The notes: generated by a model not told the origin, from the sequence alone. A stretch of DNA of 64,000 nt from an uncultured Phycisphaerales bacterium (GCA_963755915.1 CAVWLP010000002.1:1856001-1920000), one strand, 5' to 3'. Positions 1 to 11,641 are shown, numbered from the stretch's first letter. A program made the numbers and translations.

Positions 1-679
1 GAAAATTTCGATGCGGAACAGCCCTGATCTTGCGTGGCAAACGGTGTGGCACATTCGGTATGTGGCGATCGTGTGGCCGGCGGTGTGGCTGGCGGCGGCG
101 GCGCTGATCGCGCGGCTGCCGACGGCGGGGCTGCGGATCGCGGCGGTGGTGATGATCTGCTCGTTTAATCTCGTGAATGGGTTGGCGCGGCAGGTTGAAA
201 CCACGGAGGTTCCGCTGGATCGGGTGATGGGGGATGTTTTCAGCTCGCAGCCGAATTCGGCGACGCGGACCTATTTTGACCTGGACCCGCTGTTGCACAG
301 CACGTTTTTTGCGCCGATGGCGATGTATTACGCGAGCATCGCGGCGCGGCTGCAGCCGACGCCGGAGGAGTTTCGCGTGGATGAGTCCTGGCCGTTTGAA
401 TACGGCGATGCGGCGCGGCAGTTTAAGAGCGAGTGTATTTACAATGATTCGATCTCGTCGGATCAGATTCGCGGAGATATCGCGGGCGATCGACGGATTT
501 CGCGGGTGATCGTCTGGGAAGTCACCCAGTCGGGGGGCGACTGGCTGTTCGATCCGACGGACGGGTCGGGGCTGAATGGGCCGTGGAAGCTGGCGTCGGA
601 TGAGCAGATTGATGTGTATTGGAATTGGGATTGGACCTCGCGGTGGTCGCTGCGGCGGCGGGAGTTTGACAGGCAGTAG
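1..679 (+). CDS. C-terminal part of a membrane protein, possibly a GT-C/ArnT-like glycosyltransferase (5' partial)
   Basis: ORF runs in from the window edge; two hydrophobic helices ('RYVAIVWPAVWLAAAALI') followed by a soluble domain. Confidence 0.45.
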   Translation, partial: KISMRNSPDLAWQTVWHIRYVAIVWPAVWLAAAALIARLPTAGLRIAAVVMICSFNLVNGLARQVETTEVPLDRVMGDVFSSQPNSATRTYFDLDPLLHSTFFAPMAMYYASIAARLQPTPEEFRVDESWPFEYGDAARQFKSECIYNDSISSDQIRGDIAGDRRISRVIVWEVTQSGGDWLFDPTDGSGLNGPWKLASDEQIDVYWNWDWTSRWSLRRREFDRQ

Positions 680-687
680 GCGCGGCG

Positions 688-794
688 CAAAATCCGAATT
701 CCGAAACCAGAAATCCGAATCAAACCCCGAACGACCGAATCACGAAACCATAACGGGAATTTTATTGGTCGATTGGAATTGCGATTTACGATTC
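688..794. repeat. Degenerate heptamer tandem-repeat tract (AAATCCG-like, then its complement)
   Basis: aaatccgaattccgaaaccagaaatccgaat ... gattggaattgcgatttacgatt between convergent genes. Confidence 0.6.
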
Positions 795-2471
795 TCAGCC
801 GTTTCCGGGCGTCAAGATCCAAGTGGGTAGCCGGCGTTTCTCAGCGGTCAATTGTATTCCCAGTTGCGAGGCGATCTGGTCGAGAAGCATCTGGGTTTTC
901 TGCTCGGCCTCGAGCGGTGAAAGGTTTCGGGTGCTGAGTTTGGGGGTGGTGAATTCCAGTCGGACATATTTGCACCCGGTCCACTCGTTGATAACGGGGC
1001 GATGCAGCGCCTCGCCGAGGCGGCGGAAATAGTAGTAGACATCGCCGGCCTGGCGGGTTCGGCCTTTGTCGGTATCGAGCGCAATCGAAATTAAATCGTT
1101 GGGCGCGTCGCCCTTGTGGTAAACGCCTTGAGCGACGACCACATCGCGATCGATCGTTGCCTGCACGGCGATGAAGGCCGCGGGGGTGCCCCGGCAAATC
1201 GCTTCAAATGCCGGGAGTTTCTGGTCCGGTGTGGCCCCTTTGCGGATGACCCAGTCGCCTGGAACCTTTAACGCGGCGAGCGCGTCGGGGATCATCGTCT
1301 GGTCAGGAGTGAGGCCGACGAGATTTACCATCAGGCTGTCCACCTGCCAGTAACGATCGTTGGACCGTGTCCAATGTTCGACGCGATGGGTCGAGGGATT
1401 CCACTGGAGGAAAAATGCCGCGACGGGTTTCTGATCTTCGACCTTCAGGTCGGCGATGGTTCCGTTGCCGTGGTTCGGATCGTCGACTTGGTCAAGGTCG
1501 TAAACGTCGTGAACAAAACCGTCGCGCTGGGGGATGTAGGGGGGAAGGATGTTGCGCAGGACCTCGCCGGGCCTGAGGGTGTAGATCGCGTCGAAGCCTT
1601 CGCGCCAGGCAGGCTGGGTGGAGGGGGGAGGAGTAGAAGGCTGATCGGCGGATTGTGGAGCGGCAGGAGCGGTGGCGGTGGGGCTGGAGACAGCAGATTT
1701 TCTGGTTGATGAAAGCAACACCACCGTTGCGGTGGCGGCGATGGCGAGAAAAAGGGCGATGATGGCGGCAAGTGCCTTGGCCTGAGCAAGAAGCATCAGG
1801 CGCGCGGCGCCGCGGGCGATGGCGCTGGCGGCGGGGCTTTGCGGCGCGGCGGCGACGGCCGAGCGCAGGTGGGCCGGGGCCGGGTTGATGGCGTTGGCCG
1901 TCAGGGCTTCGCTCAGTGCCGAACCCGTGCCGGCGCTGCCAGCGCCGAGCATGGCCCGCAATTTCTCGAGCGCGCGGTTCGATCGCTTGGTGGCGGCGGC
2001 GAGGGAGATGCCCATCTCGGCAGCGACCTGGGCGTGGCCTTTGCCGTGGAAGAATCGCAGGATGATGACTTTCCGCTCTGCGTCCGGCAGACGATTCACG
2101 GCTTCGTCAAGCGTCGCGGAAATCGTTTCCCAGTCGGCGGAGGTGGCGTCTGGTTTCATTTCGGCGGCCCTTCTTTCGTGGCGGAGTCGGTTGGCCTGGG
2201 TGCGCAGGGCGTTGGCGGCGCAGTAACGAGTGGCACGGTGAAGCCAGGCGGGGATGACGACGCCGGATCTCAGCGATCGCGCCTTGCGGGCGAGGATGAG
2301 GAATACGGCCTGGGTGACGTCTTCGGCGAGGTGCGGATCGCGGACCTGGCGGCGGGCGGCGGAATAGACGGCGTCGATGTTGCGGGCGACCAGGGCGGTG
2401 AAGGCGGAGTCGGAGCCGGCGACGTATTGGCGGAGAAGGTCGTGGTCCGAAATCCCGGTGTCCGTGGTCAT
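795..2471 (-). CDS. ECF sigma-70 factor with transmembrane helix and large C-terminal extracytoplasmic extension
   Basis: Sigma regions 2 and 4 (DPHLAEDVTQAVFLIL, WLHRATR, LPDAERKVIILRFF), TM helix near aa 232-253, Pro/Ala/Ser linker, ~270-aa C-terminal domain. Confidence 0.9.
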   Translation of the reverse strand: MTTDTGISDHDLLRQYVAGSDSAFTALVARNIDAVYSAARRQVRDPHLAEDVTQAVFLILARKARSLRSGVVIPAWLHRATRYCAANALRTQANRLRHERRAAEMKPDATSADWETISATLDEAVNRLPDAERKVIILRFFHGKGHAQVAAEMGISLAAATKRSNRALEKLRAMLGAGSAGTGSALSEALTANAINPAPAHLRSAVAAAPQSPAASAIARGAARLMLLAQAKALAAIIALFLAIAATATVVLLSSTRKSAVSSPTATAPAAPQSADQPSTPPPSTQPAWREGFDAIYTLRPGEVLRNILPPYIPQRDGFVHDVYDLDQVDDPNHGNGTIADLKVEDQKPVAAFFLQWNPSTHRVEHWTRSNDRYWQVDSLMVNLVGLTPDQTMIPDALAALKVPGDWVIRKGATPDQKLPAFEAICRGTPAAFIAVQATIDRDVVVAQGVYHKGDAPNDLISIALDTDKGRTRQAGDVYYYFRRLGEALHRPVINEWTGCKYVRLEFTTPKLSTRNLSPLEAEQKTQMLLDQIASQLGIQLTAEKRRLPTWILTPGNG

Positions 2472-3607
2472 TCCATCAGAATATGTAACCTGACGGCGAA
2501 ATCAGACAACGGAACGTCGAAATCCAAAAGCTCAAATGATGTTGGAGGCCCGGCGCTGCGGCGCATTGTCAGGGCAACCGCACCGACGCCCAGCAGGCCC
2601 AGCGATGCCGGTTCCGGCAGGGCGTAGACGTAGAGGTCGGAGCCGTCGTAGAGGAAGAGGTAGTTGCCGTTGCCGCTAACGGTCATCCCATTGTTTGGGA
2701 CATCGTAGGGATAGAAGTCCGCTCCATCCGGATTGATCGTCCCGACCTGGGAATAGTTGGTGGTGTTTATTTCAAGGATTTCGTCGGAATTGAAAGAGGC
2801 GTCGTAGAGGATGGGGCGCGTCGGGTCATAGGCAATCCCCCCGCCAGCATCGGTGAGGGATTGGATGACGGAAAGAGTGGAAGCGTTGCGGGCGGCGAGG
2901 TTGACGTTGAATCCGCCCAATGTGATGACGGAATCGTTGGGGGAAATCGCGACGCGCAGCCCGTTGAGGGGCGTGTTAAATTGCGTCTGTATGAGATTGC
3001 TGTCGCTGGTCGCGGAGAAAACACCGACGCCACCTGAGGAAAGTTCCGTGTCATTTTCGAATAACGTGGTGTAGTCGTAACTGCGGGTAAGCTGGTACTG
3101 GGGGTCGACGGTCTGCACCTGGCCACCGACGGTGAAATCGCCGATTGCCCAGGTGGTGAGGTTGATGGAGCGCAGGTTGGAGGCATTGCCGGTGTAGTTG
3201 GAATAGGAGGAGAAGATCGCCTGGTTGTCACTGAGGGCGACGATCTGATCGGCGCCGGCGTCGAGGTTTTCGATGGGATAGGTGAGATCGGTGACCGCAT
3301 TGGTGCTGAGGTTCACGCGCTCGATGGTGCCCATCCCGTTGCTGACGGCCGTATCGGCCGCGAGGAGATATTGCCCGCCGGGTGTGATGTCGATCGACTG
3401 GATATCCGTGCCGACGTTGATGGGGGAAAGAAACGTATTTGTCGCCGGGTTGTAACGCTCGACAACGCCGGTGCTCAGCGAGATGTAAAGTATGTTATTG
3501 TTGTTGTCGTAAACCTGGCTCGTCCAGTCGGAAATCGCGACTTTGTTTGCAGCCAGCGCGGAAGAGGCAAAAGATGCGGCCGCAAAAATTGTGATGAGAT
3601 AGCGCAT
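2468..3607 (-). CDS. Secreted beta-propeller (YncE-like) PEP-CTERM protein
   Basis: Signal peptide, Asn/Thr-rich beta repeats, LPEPASLGLLGVGAVALTMRR sorting motif; true stop probably ~2532 (likely 1-nt error near 2555). Confidence 0.8.
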   Translation of the reverse strand: MRYLITIFAAASFASSALAANKVAISDWTSQVYDNNNNILYISLSTGVVERYNPATNTFLSPINVGTDIQSIDITPGGQYLLAADTAVSNGMGTIERVNLSTNAVTDLTYPIENLDAGADQIVALSDNQAIFSSYSNYTGNASNLRSINLTTWAIGDFTVGGQVQTVDPQYQLTRSYDYTTLFENDTELSSGGVGVFSATSDSNLIQTQFNTPLNGLRVAISPNDSVITLGGFNVNLAARNASTLSVIQSLTDAGGGIAYDPTRPILYDASFNSDEILEINTTNYSQVGTINPDGADFYPYDVPNNGMTVSGNGNYLFLYDGSDLYVYALPEPASLGLLGVGAVALTMRRSAGPPTSFELLDFDVPLSDFAVRLHILME

Positions 3608-3741
3608 AGTCTCCAACCCTCTGTAAATTAGACCTTGATGCCGTTTCGTCGATTGCGAGCCGTCTGACGTGACAGGCCCGAGCCCTCTGGCCCCAAGCAG
3701 AATCTAATATAGCAGATTTGGCTTCAAATACCCAACGAAAT

Positions 3742-5673
3742 CTACATCTGATCCGGGTGCTCAATTCCCAGAAGATCAAGCCCAAGTTCCAAAGTCCGAG
3801 CGGTTAAATCACACAGGGAAAGGCGGCTGGCGCGGGTTGGGGGCTCGCTCTGAATCACCGGGCAATTTTCGAAGAAGCCGCTGAAGCGGGTTGCGAGTTC
3901 GTAGAGGTAGGTACAAAGGTGGTGGGGCTTGAGTTCGCGGCCGACGACTTCGATAACTTCGCCCAATCGCAAAATGTGTTTGCCGAGGGCGAGCTCGAAA
4001 GGGGATTCCAATCGAATTGCGCCGGGTTTTGCGTCGCCGGCCTTGCGGAAGATCGAGCGGACGCGGGCGTGGGCGTACTGGAGGTAGGGAGCGGTGTTGC
4101 CGTCGAGGGCGAGCATCTTGTCAAACGAAAAGACGTAATCGCTGACGCGGTCCTTGGAGAAGTCGCCGTACTTTACAGCGCCGATGCCGACGGCGTGGGC
4201 GATGGCGCGGCGGCGGGTTTCATCGAGATCCGGCTGTTTGTCGGTGACGACGCGAAGGGCGCGCTCCTCGGCTTCGTCGAGGAGTGCCTTGAGTTTCACG
4301 GTATCGCCGCTTCGCGTGCGGAAGGGGCGGCCATCATCGCCGAGGATAGTGCCGAAGGGGGCGTATTCGAGGGCGACGTCCTTTGCCCAGCCGATCTTTT
4401 GCGCCGTCCAGAAGACCTTTTTAAAATGTTCGTATTGCCGGCTGTCGTGGGTGTAAACGATCCGCTGGGCGTCCAGCGTCTTGATGCGATAGCGAATGGC
4501 GGCGAGGTCGGTGGTTCCGTAAAGGAATCCGCCATCGGATTTGCGGATGATCAGCGGGGCTGCGTAGCCGGGGACGGGGACGACGATTGCGCCTTCGGAT
4601 TCGACGGCGACGCCTGCGGACATGAGTTCATTGACGACACCGGGAAGGTCGTCCTGGTATGCGGATTCGCCGCGCACGTCGGAAGGCTTGAGTTTTACGT
4701 CAAGCTGGGCGTAGATGCGGCTGACCGTTTCAAGCGTCACATCACGGGCTTTTTGCCATGCGAGGCGCTCCTGCTGGTTGCGGGGGTCATTGGGGTTTTG
4801 GATAAACGTCGTGAGTCGCCGCGGGATTTCTGCCAAGGAATACCCCTCAATGATCTCCTTCTCTGCCGCTGGGTTCTCCGTCGCGGCGGAGACGAACTGA
4901 TACATTCGTTCAAGTATTAGAAGCTCAATCTCCCAATCTCTTAGCGCCGGCTCAAATATCTTTGTTCCGTCCGGATCAGCTGCAAGCATTTGACGGTGCA
5001 TATCCGCCAACTCGTGCACTATTTCTGCTTTGGCACCCTCGGTCTTGGCTTCTGTCATCCTGCGCATCAGGTCGTGCCGTTCAGTGGCTCGTCCCAATGG
5101 CTTGGCCATAGCGTGATACCAGATCGCCAGCACCACGCGGCCGAACTGTGTTCCCCAGTCGCCTATGTGGTTCTGGCGGGTGATGCGGTTCTTCTGAAAT
5201 TTCAGGACCCGGCTCATGGCATCGCCGATGATCGTGCTGCGCAGGTTTCCGACATGCATCTCCTTGGCGATGTTGGGGCCGGAGTAGTCGACGACGATGT
5301 TCTGAGGAATCGCGGCGGGTTCGATTCCGAGGCGGGGGTCGGGCAGGATTGCGTTCAGTTGTCCGGCCACCCAGGCGGGGGAAAGGCGGACGTTGATGAA
5401 GCCGGGGCCGGCGATTGTTACTTCGGAGGCCATTTCGCCCAGGTCGAGCTTTGCCTTGATCTGCTCGGCGACGGCGCGGGGGTTGCTCTTGGCGCCGGTT
5501 TTTTCCATGACGGGCTTGGCGAGGGTCATGGCGGCGTTGGACTGGTAGTCGCCGAACTTCTCGTTCTGGCTTACGCCGACCAGGGCATCGCATTCGAGGC
5601 CAAATGCATCGGCAACTCCTTTGCGGACAATTCCATCGAGTTGTGCCAAAACGGTCTTCATTCTGGGTTCCAT
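3742..5673 (-). CDS. argS: Arginine--tRNA ligase
   Basis: FGDYQSN, AGPGFIN, VDYSGPNIAKEMHVGNLRSTIIGD, NHIGDWGTQFG, GNTAPYLQYAHAR. Confidence 0.98.
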   Translation of the reverse strand: MEPRMKTVLAQLDGIVRKGVADAFGLECDALVGVSQNEKFGDYQSNAAMTLAKPVMEKTGAKSNPRAVAEQIKAKLDLGEMASEVTIAGPGFINVRLSPAWVAGQLNAILPDPRLGIEPAAIPQNIVVDYSGPNIAKEMHVGNLRSTIIGDAMSRVLKFQKNRITRQNHIGDWGTQFGRVVLAIWYHAMAKPLGRATERHDLMRRMTEAKTEGAKAEIVHELADMHRQMLAADPDGTKIFEPALRDWEIELLILERMYQFVSAATENPAAEKEIIEGYSLAEIPRRLTTFIQNPNDPRNQQERLAWQKARDVTLETVSRIYAQLDVKLKPSDVRGESAYQDDLPGVVNELMSAGVAVESEGAIVVPVPGYAAPLIIRKSDGGFLYGTTDLAAIRYRIKTLDAQRIVYTHDSRQYEHFKKVFWTAQKIGWAKDVALEYAPFGTILGDDGRPFRTRSGDTVKLKALLDEAEERALRVVTDKQPDLDETRRRAIAHAVGIGAVKYGDFSKDRVSDYVFSFDKMLALDGNTAPYLQYAHARVRSIFRKAGDAKPGAIRLESPFELALGKHILRLGEVIEVVGRELKPHHLCTYLYELATRFSGFFENCPVIQSEPPTRASRLSLCDLTARTLELGLDLLGIEHPDQM

Positions 5674-5999
5674 ATGCCCGGATTATGCGCCGGGGCTTCT
5701 TTTATCGGCCGAAACTATTCGGCTCGGCTTGTATGCTACATTGGAGAGATGCGCCGAGCCATGTTGGCCCGGAGCGGCTATGCAAAGATGGCGCTAATTG
5801 CCGATAACGCCAGTGCTAAGGAGTCGGGATTGGCTCCCTGGCTGTCGGAAATCCCTGTGGGAAAATAGGTTTGATTCTGAAGATTAACCAAGCTAATGTT
5901 TTTGGTTCGGGGCGCATGGATGCAACATAGGAGGCGGTCTCCGTCGTTGGGGATAGCCGTTTCAATGCGCGATAAGCCAATCTCGTCTAAGGTGAATCA

Positions 6000-8285
6000 A
6001 TGAAATTGAAGCTGAGCCGGGTACTGCTGGGCGTAGGGTGTGGTGTCTGCCTGACGCTCGGCATGTCGTGCAAAACGTCGCCCAGCGCGGTTGCGGCTGA
6101 TTCTCCTGATGCGGCGGGGCAAACGCCAACGGCGGTTGCACCGACGACACTGCCCTCGCTGGCGACGCCGTACGGGCTGGAGACGGCGGCCGTTCAGTCT
6201 GCTCGGGAGGGGGAATTTGATCAGACGAACAATTACCTGATGCGGGCGGTGAGCCTGAACCACGATTCTGAAGCCCAGCAGATGGAGAAGTGGGTCGCGG
6301 ATTTTGAGAGTCAGAGGCAGGTTTTCGACGGGCAGCGGCACGACCAGTTCGTCAAGACGGAGGCAGACGCGAAGCTCCTGCTTTCCAAGAAGATGGACAC
6401 CTTCGCGACCGACCAGATTTCGCAGGCATATCTGCTGGCGGACAACAAGGATACTTTCGTTCATGAGAAATGGGTCAGCGACCTGATTCAGGAATCGATT
6501 AACTCGGCGGATACGGATGAAGCCAACGGGCTGTGGCTCAAGGCCTGGAAGATGTACCAGGACCTGAGCGTTATCCAGCCGCTTAATCCTGAGTGGAAAA
6601 ATAAGCTGAAAGTCGTGGCGCTGCGCCTGCGGCTGCTGATGGTGTACGCGCCGGACCGGATGAAGAAACTTGAAGAGGCCGAGCGGAAGGAACGCGATGC
6701 GGCCGATGCGCTGCTGCTCGGTCCGACGACGCAGCCCGCGGTCACGGCGGCGGACGAGGGGGATGCCATTCCCACGGATTGGCATCAGGTGGTTAAGGGC
6801 GTGCAGTTTGAAATGCTCTACAGCTCGCTGGCGCTGGCGGCGCAGGAATATTACCGCGACGTGACCCTCCAGGGGCTGTTGGAAGGGGGGCTCAATGGGC
6901 TGGAAACGGTTGTGACGACCGACGGGCTGGATGAAGCGTTTCCGGGGCTGGACGATCGGGATGCGCAAGCGGTTTCTGGATGATCTGGAAGACTGGAAAG
7001 ACAAAGCGGCCGCGGTGAGCAATGACGATGCGGACCGGGTTGTGGCGGAGGCGCTGACGGATCTGCGGGACATGAACTCGCGGACGATCAAGCTGCCGGA
7101 AGAGGTGTTCGTCAGTGAATTTGCGGATGGGGCGTTTTCGAAGCTGGATATGTTTACCACGGTGATCTGGCCGTACGATGCGCCGGAGCTTGAGAAGACG
7201 ACCGAAGGGGAGTTTGGGGGCGTGGGAATTCAGATCAAGGGTGATGAGAGCACGGGGGACATTGTTGTTGTGCAGCCGCTGCCGGATACCCCGGCTTTTG
7301 CGCGGGCATTCGGCCGGGTGATGTGATTGCGAAGGTGGATGGCAAATCGACGATCGGGCTGACGCCGGACGGGGCGGTTAAGATTATTACGGGCGAGATT
7401 GGGACGCCGGTCACGCTTACCATGCGGTCGCTCAACGGCAACGTGAAGGATTACGTGCTGAAACGGGAGTTGATCAAGGTCGAAAGCGTGAAGGGATGGA
7501 CGCCCAAGGATGACGGCGACTGGAATTACATGCTCGATCCGGACCAGAAGATCGGGTACGTGCGGCTGACGGGATTCAGCAAGACAACCGGCGACGATCT
7601 GAGCCGGGCGCTGGATGAGCTTAAGTCGGAGCAGGCACGGGCGATTATTCTTGATCTGCGGGACAATCCTGGCGGGTTGCTGGATACGGCCCGCAAGGTC
7701 GTCAACGAATTCATCGATCATGGGGTGATCGTTTCCACCCATGCGGATCGGCCGACGAGCAATCCGCCGTCGGAGCTGGATGCAGATCCGCGGGACCTGG
7801 AGACGACGCTGCCGCTGATCGTGCTGGTGAACCAGTATTCGGCGAGCGCGAGCGAAATCGTGTCGGGTGCGTTGAAGGACTGGCATCGGGGGCTGATCGT
7901 GGGGCAGCGGACGTTTGGCAAGGGGAGCGTGCAGATGCTCTTCCCGCTGGACTCCAAGCGCGACGCGTACCTGAAGCTGACCACGAGCCACTATTATCTG
8001 CCCAGCGGGCGATGCATTCACCGCGAGGAGAACAGCACGACGTGGGGCGTCGATCCGGATGTGACGGTCGAGATGACGCCGCGGCAGAAATATGACCGCG
8101 ACAGCGCGCGGCTGGAACTGGACGTGCCGGACAAATGGGCGAACGTGGGCAACAAGCCGACGACGCGGCCGACGGCGCAGGATCTGCTGAAAGTGGATCC
8201 GCAGCTTTCGGCGGCGCTGCTGATCATGCGGCTGCAATTGGCGGCCAGCGAGACGCCGCTGGCGAATCAGTCGGCGATGAGATAA
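6000..8285 (+). CDS. S41 family carboxyl-terminal processing protease with PDZ domain (frameshifts near 6965 and 7300)
   Basis: [42 protein letters not shown] across three consecutive ORFs; lipoprotein-like N-terminus. Confidence 0.9.
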
Positions 8286-8329
8286 ATTGTGTGCAGCCGC
8301 CGGGCCTGCGGGGCGCGGGGCATCCTCGT

Positions 8330-9339
8330 ATGCGACGGCTGCACCAATACGCCGCTTTCACCCTTGTCGAGCTGCTCGTCGTTGTGGGCATCATCGCGAT
8401 TCTGATCGCGATTCTGCTGCCGGCGCTCAACGGCGCTCACCAGCAGGCGACGCGGATCAAATGCCTTTCGAACCTTCGGCAGATTTCGATCGCATTCATT
8501 GATTACAGTGCGGAAAACCTGGGGAGTGTCGTGCCATCTTTCAATCTGTCGGGGACGGCGGGGTCGGCCACGAATTATATTGCCACACCCGATTCCACGA
8601 TTATGGACGGCTGGCCGGCTATTCTGGATCGTGATGGTTTTTTGCCTCCGATGCATTGAGCACGTCGACGGCGTTCTATTGCCCGGAGACGGTTGATATC
8701 GACGGGATGGCCACCGGACAGACGGGAACGTATGCGGCGAATCCGCGCGGGTGGATTGAGTGGCCGATGGAGTTCGCGGGACCGACGGGCGGAGACAGCG
8801 ACCCGCAGATTCCGGTGGCGTGGCCGGCGCAGGCGTTCAATAAGATCATTCGGTGCAGTTACTGGGTCAATGCGTACAACCCGATCGGGGGTTCGATCTC
8901 TACGCCGCTTTCGCAAAACGATCTGTATTACACGGCCTGCATCGGTTTCGGGCCGGATCCGAACGGAGCTTATATCAAGATCCACAAAACGACCGGGATC
9001 AAACACTCGAGCTTCCTGATCGTCGTAGCGGATGGCCTGTACATGGGGCGGCAGTCCGTGGATCAGCTGAATATGAAAAATTCTCGTATCGGGTTCCGGC
9101 ATTCGGGGCCGAAGGGTTCCTACACGCTGGCGAATGTGGGCTTCGCCGACGGGCACGTGGAGTCGCTCAATTCAGCGGAATTTCCCTGTTCGTATGCGAA
9201 ATCATCGAGCTATGCTTCGAATCTTGGCACAACGACGCTGGCGCAGCAGGAGGCGCTCAACCTTGCTGGGCCGACAGTGTATGCGGATCCGGAATCGGCA
9301 CTGCAAATCTTTTCCAATGCCAACCCCGGGGCAAACTGA
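8330..9339 (+). CDS. Prepilin-type N-terminal cleavage/methylation protein with H-X9-DG motif (DUF1559-like; frameshift near 8648)
   Basis: [35 protein letters not shown]...[11 protein letters not shown]. Confidence 0.88.
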
Positions 9340-9356
9340 AACGCGAAAGAAACTGG

Positions 9357-10818
9357 TTATTTGCGGCCAATATCGCGCCGGGTTACTTCTTGTTTTAGCA
9401 TAGCCACCACGTCGTTAATAACGGCTTCCCAATCCCCCTCCCTGGGCTGCCGAAAGAGGCGCATGGTCGGATACCACGGCGAATCGTGCCGATCGAGCAG
9501 CCAGCGCCAATCGGGGTAATGGAGCAGAAGGGTCCAGACGGGGCGTCCAAGGGCGCCGGCGAGGTGCGCCGCGGCCGTGTCGATTGAAATCACAAGATCC
9601 AGATTCGCGGTCAGCGCGGCGGTTTGGGCGAAGTCGCGCAGATCTGCGCCAGTCGACGAGTGGCACCTGGGGCGGCGCCTCAGTGTCGGGATCGTGGGGC
9701 TGCACGCAGAAGAAGACCACGTTATCAACCTCCGCAAACGGGGCCAGGAGGGGGCTTGGAATTGATCGATTTCCGCCGTCGGCAAGCATGCGCCGGCCGG
9801 ACCAGGCGAGCCCTACCTTTAATTTGCCGCCATACGGCGCCATTTTTCCTCGCCAGTGCTCGACCAGCGCTGGGTCGGTGTGCAGATAGGGGTTGTCTTT
9901 GGGGATGTGGTGCAGATCGGGACAGAAAATCTGTCCGAGGCTCAGCAGGGGGCAATGCAGATCGAACGATGGAATTGGCCGGCCTGTGGGGACGATCTGT
10001 TCGATCCCGCGCAAGCCGGCGAAAAGTCCTGCCAATTCGGGCAACGACTGAAGCAGGACGCGGCCGCCGCGATCGGCAACGAGCGGGGCAAAACGCGCAA
10101 ATTGGATCATGTCTCCGAAGGCCTGCTCGATATGCAGATATACCCGCTGGCCGGTTAGAGGTTGTCCCATCCACTGCGGCTGCGCGAAATTCCGAGGCGG
10201 GCATAGCGAGGCAATGCGCCTGCGCCATTCGTATTCCGCCCAGCCTCTTTTCAAATCCCCATGTTGAAGGAGCAGGAGGGAATAATTCCAATGTGCTTCG
10301 GCAAATTGGGGTCGTGCCGCGATCGCCCGCTCAAAGGCCCTGCTTGAGTCGGCAAAACGCCGCAGGCGGCGCATTTCATTCCCGATCCGAATATGCGCTT
10401 CGGCCAGATTGCTGTCCAGCGCAACGGCGCACTGGAATTGCGTTATCGCCTCGTCGGTTTTTGACTGATCTGCCAGGACGATTCCAAGGTTGTAATGTGC
10501 CGCGGCGTGATCGGACTGGAGGGCAATCGCATGCTCCAGGCTGGCCACGGCCCGGTCCAGTTGGCCCATTCTTCGGTGGAATTCGCCAAGATTTACGTAG
10601 TAGTCCGCGGCGAGCGGCTTGATCGAAATTGCGCGATTGATCAGGGCTACTGCCGAATCAAGACGATCCGATCCGGCTTCCACGAGGCTTTGAAGCTGGA
10701 GCGCGTCGACGTTGTTCGGATCCTGGGCCAGCACCTGCGTGCAAAGCGACCGAGCCTCGGCCAATCGACCGCGGTTAAAATGATTTAGCGCGAGGATGAC
10801 CGCGTTTTCGAGAGTCAC
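9357..10818 (-). CDS. TPR-repeat glycosyltransferase family 9-like protein (frameshift near 9648)
   Basis: TPR repeats, GWAEYEWR, EQAFGDMIQFARF, LDLVISIDTAAAHLAGALG, DSPWYPTMRLFRQ. Confidence 0.88.
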
Positions 10819-10874
10819 GATAGGGATAGTACCGCGATGTGCGGGATCGAAAAACAAACGGGCGCTGCCGGCGA

Positions 10875-11402
10875 TCATGGCATTGTTACCGGCCAAATTC
10901 CGCAATTGGCTCTTCCGAGGATTTTGGCGAGGACGGTTCCATCATCAAATTCCACGTGTCCATCGCCAAAGAGAATGTTTGCTCCGCCGTTGGGCTGGGC
11001 CGGGAGTTCGTAGGCGATGATGTCGTCCGGCCTCACCGTCATGGTGGTGAATCCGCGGCCCAGATAAACGTAAGAGACATGAGCCGAATCGGCCAGTTGA
11101 TCTGCCGCGGCCTGAGTTGTCGGTCCACTCGCCGGCGTCTCGGATCGCGAGGGTGAGACAAAGACGGGGCTGGTGATGTCCTCATTCAGAAGGATTGTGC
11201 CGAAGGAATCCGGGTATTGGCCGTTAAAGTCTTGGGTGTAGAGCAGGATCGCCTGGCCGATCTGGCGAAGATTCGACATGGATTTGACGCGCGGCGACGT
11301 GTTCGGCTCTTTGTTCTGGCTTGGCAGCAGGAATAGACTCGCGGCGCCGATCGCCAAGACGACCAATATTCCGCCTATCCAGAATGAGCGTTTGGCGGTC
11401 AT
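10875..11402 (-). CDS. Short DUF1559-like H-X9-DG domain protein with N-terminal TM anchor
   Basis: SNLRQIGQAILLY and GGANILFGDGHVE motifs. Confidence 0.8.
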   Translation of the reverse strand: MTAKRSFWIGGILVVLAIGAASLFLLPSQNKEPNTSPRVKSMSNLRQIGQAILLYTQDFNGQYPDSFGTILLNEDITSPVFVSPSRSETPASGPTTQAAADQLADSAHVSYVYLGRGFTTMTVRPDDIIAYELPAQPNGGANILFGDGHVEFDDGTVLAKILGRANCGIWPVTMP

Positions 11403-11480
11403 CAACACTGCTCATTGGGGATAATGCGCCAAGTTGCGATTCGGATTTCGAATTCGATTCGAAATCCCCCCGGATTTCTG

Positions 11481-11509
11481 TTGTCACCATCACACTGGCC
11501 GGTTAAAAT
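11481..11509 (+). promoter_or_regulatory. Sigma-70-type promoter of the ankyrin gene
   Basis: TTGTCA-N17-TAAAAT. Confidence 0.6.
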
Positions 11510-11513
11510 TTAT

Positions 11514-11641
11514 TCGGCCGGTCAGGCGGCCGACGGTCCGCGTGAAGGGAATGTCCCACCTGCTTAAACAATTCAACAGGCGGTCTTGCGACCCCTTCGG
11601 CCCTAAAGTGCGGACTAACGGGCAAAACAGAAGGAGTCGTC
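11514..11641 (+). promoter_or_regulatory. Candidate structured 5' leader RNA
   Basis: Hairpin 11514-11533 plus nested stems 11536-11541/11610-11615, 11544-11549/11593-11598, 11556-11562/11577-11583; SD AAGGAG at 11631-11636. Confidence 0.5.

Noticed and set aside
2468-2560. Apparent 30-aa tail after the PEP-CTERM motif overlapping the ECF start codon
   Set aside because: Adding one base at the GCGC near 2555 gives a canonical RRRRRASNII-stop ending, so this is probably a sequencing error.
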